The position numbers and the translations under genes are program-made. Of a stretch of DNA of 64,000 bases, positions 62,834 through 64,000 are shown piece after piece. Every line of letters starts with the position of its first letter. The stretch's first letter is position 1. The stretch spans positions 960,001 to 1,024,000 of the forward strand of contig CBDCUI010000008.1 in the NCBI GenBank assembly GCA_965222615.1, read 5' to 3'. The stretch is from Gammaproteobacteria bacterium. Lineage in GTDB: Bacteria > Pseudomonadota > Gammaproteobacteria > UBA4575. The notes beneath the pieces were generated by a model. The model saw nothing but the letters and a program-made list of their open reading frames with translations. It was not told the DNA's origin and did no database searches.

Positions 62834-63152
62834 AGCTGTTCGTTTAAGTACACAGATCAGGTGTAGCTAATTCTAGCCAAAATGCTGTATGGCTTGAGTT
62901 TATAAATAACTCACTGAAATGCTGTGAGGTGCTGTCCATGTCGTATATATTTTACTATGGCTAGTTGAACGGCTCGTATAGATAAATTATTCACTCACTC
63001 GATTAGATCACTGTTTTTTTCATCTCAGCAGCTAAAATTCATCACTAATCAATACATTGGAGTTGAATTAAAGGGAATTTGATCAGCTTTGCCAAGGCTT
63101 TATCCTTGCTAAATCTGTATGTGTAAAGCTTTACACGATCCCTCCTTGCATC

Positions 63153-64000
63153 ATGTTTAAAAAATCTGTGCTGCAAATTGGTGATATAGAAAAACAGTCT
63201 TCTCTTGGGTCATCAGATCCTATCGAGGTGATGTGTCGTTATGATGGGCGAATAATCAAAGTTAACGACTCAGGTCGCCAATTATTAAAACTATTAAAAA
63301 TAAAAAAAATGAATCGGCTGCTACCGGATGATCATTTTGAATTAATCGATCAAGCCTTGCATAGTGGTGAAGTAGTTGTTGCTGCTAACAAAGTAAATAA
63401 CTATAGTTTTGAATGGAAATATTTTTTAGATCAAGCCAGCAAAGTAATCCGCATTGAAAGTATTCAACATGCTTCAGATGAAACAAATCGTCCAGATAGT
63501 CCAATTAATATTGGTGTATCCATAATAGAGCATTGGACTAACTTCCTAGATACGATACCTGTTTCTGCATGTGTAACTGAAAATAATAATGACCGAATTA
63601 TGGTCATTAATCAGATGGCAATGCGCTTACTAAATATAACGCCTGGAAAAGAAAAATCTACACAATTACGTAATTTGTTTACGGATCCAGAGTCTATCAA
63701 AAAGATTAATCAATCGCTTATTAAAAAAGGCTTCGTGAAAGATTTTAAGATATCTATTGCAAATAAAAGTGGAAATAGATGGGGTCATGTTAAGTTGCTT
63801 GTGAATATAAAATTGGTACGCAAGCTAGAAGGCTCTTTCTTAGTTTGGACTTTCTCTGATTATACAATGGGCTCAAAGATCGAATATGCACTTAGAGAAA
63901 GTGAAAGCAAATTTGAAAATGCAATTCAAGGTGCACAAGAAGGAATATGGGAATGGCAGGCTGGGCTTGAAGGGAAAGAATGGTGGTCAGAGCCAATGTT
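63153..64000 (+). CDS. PAS-domain sensor protein, truncated by the window edge
   Basis: Open frame MFKKSVLQ...ALRESESKFENAIQGAQEGIWEW running off the end. Confidence 0.75.
   Translation, partial: MFKKSVLQIGDIEKQSSLGSSDPIEVMCRYDGRIIKVNDSGRQLLKLLKIKKMNRLLPDDHFELIDQALHSGEVVVAANKVNNYSFEWKYFLDQASKVIRIESIQHASDETNRPDSPINIGVSIIEHWTNFLDTIPVSACVTENNNDRIMVINQMAMRLLNITPGKEKSTQLRNLFTDPESIKKINQSLIKKGFVKDFKISIANKSGNRWGHVKLLVNIKLVRKLEGSFLVWTFSDYTMGSKIEYALRESESKFENAIQGAQEGIWEWQAGLEGKEWWSEPM

Overview
AT-rich chromosomal window from a gammaproteobacterium, judged from the mutS/cinA-recA-recX-alaS-lysC-csrA-tRNA synteny. Housekeeping blocks: prfC-cmoA-cmoB, addB-like/fdxA/mutS, pncC-thpR-recA-recX-alaS-lysC-csrA, msrPQ, a glp cluster and dps. 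Four accessory features stand out. (1) A ~17.6 kb type IV filament locus (3893-21485) with two almost identical major-pilin genes. It also carries an embedded histidine kinase (split by a +1 frameshift), a response regulator, a GAF-GGDEF-EAL protein, a STAS-MshEN-PilB ATPase fusion, a very acidic minor pilin and a lectin-like PilX. (2) A cyclase-less RiPP-like cassette (46001-48680): a Tat-motif/YxxPxL Arg-rich peptide ending in Ser, an RRE-HprK-like kinase and a nucleotidyltransferase. (3) Three tRNA-linked repeats, two beside csrA, carrying arrays of ANGGAN-loop hairpins resembling CsrA-binding sites; one follows an unusual tRNA-Arg(UCG). (4) A lexA-dinB cassette with alphaproteobacterial-type GTTC-N7-GTTC operators, followed by tandem copies of the dinB 3' end. 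All family assignments come from motif recognition by eye; no database search was run.
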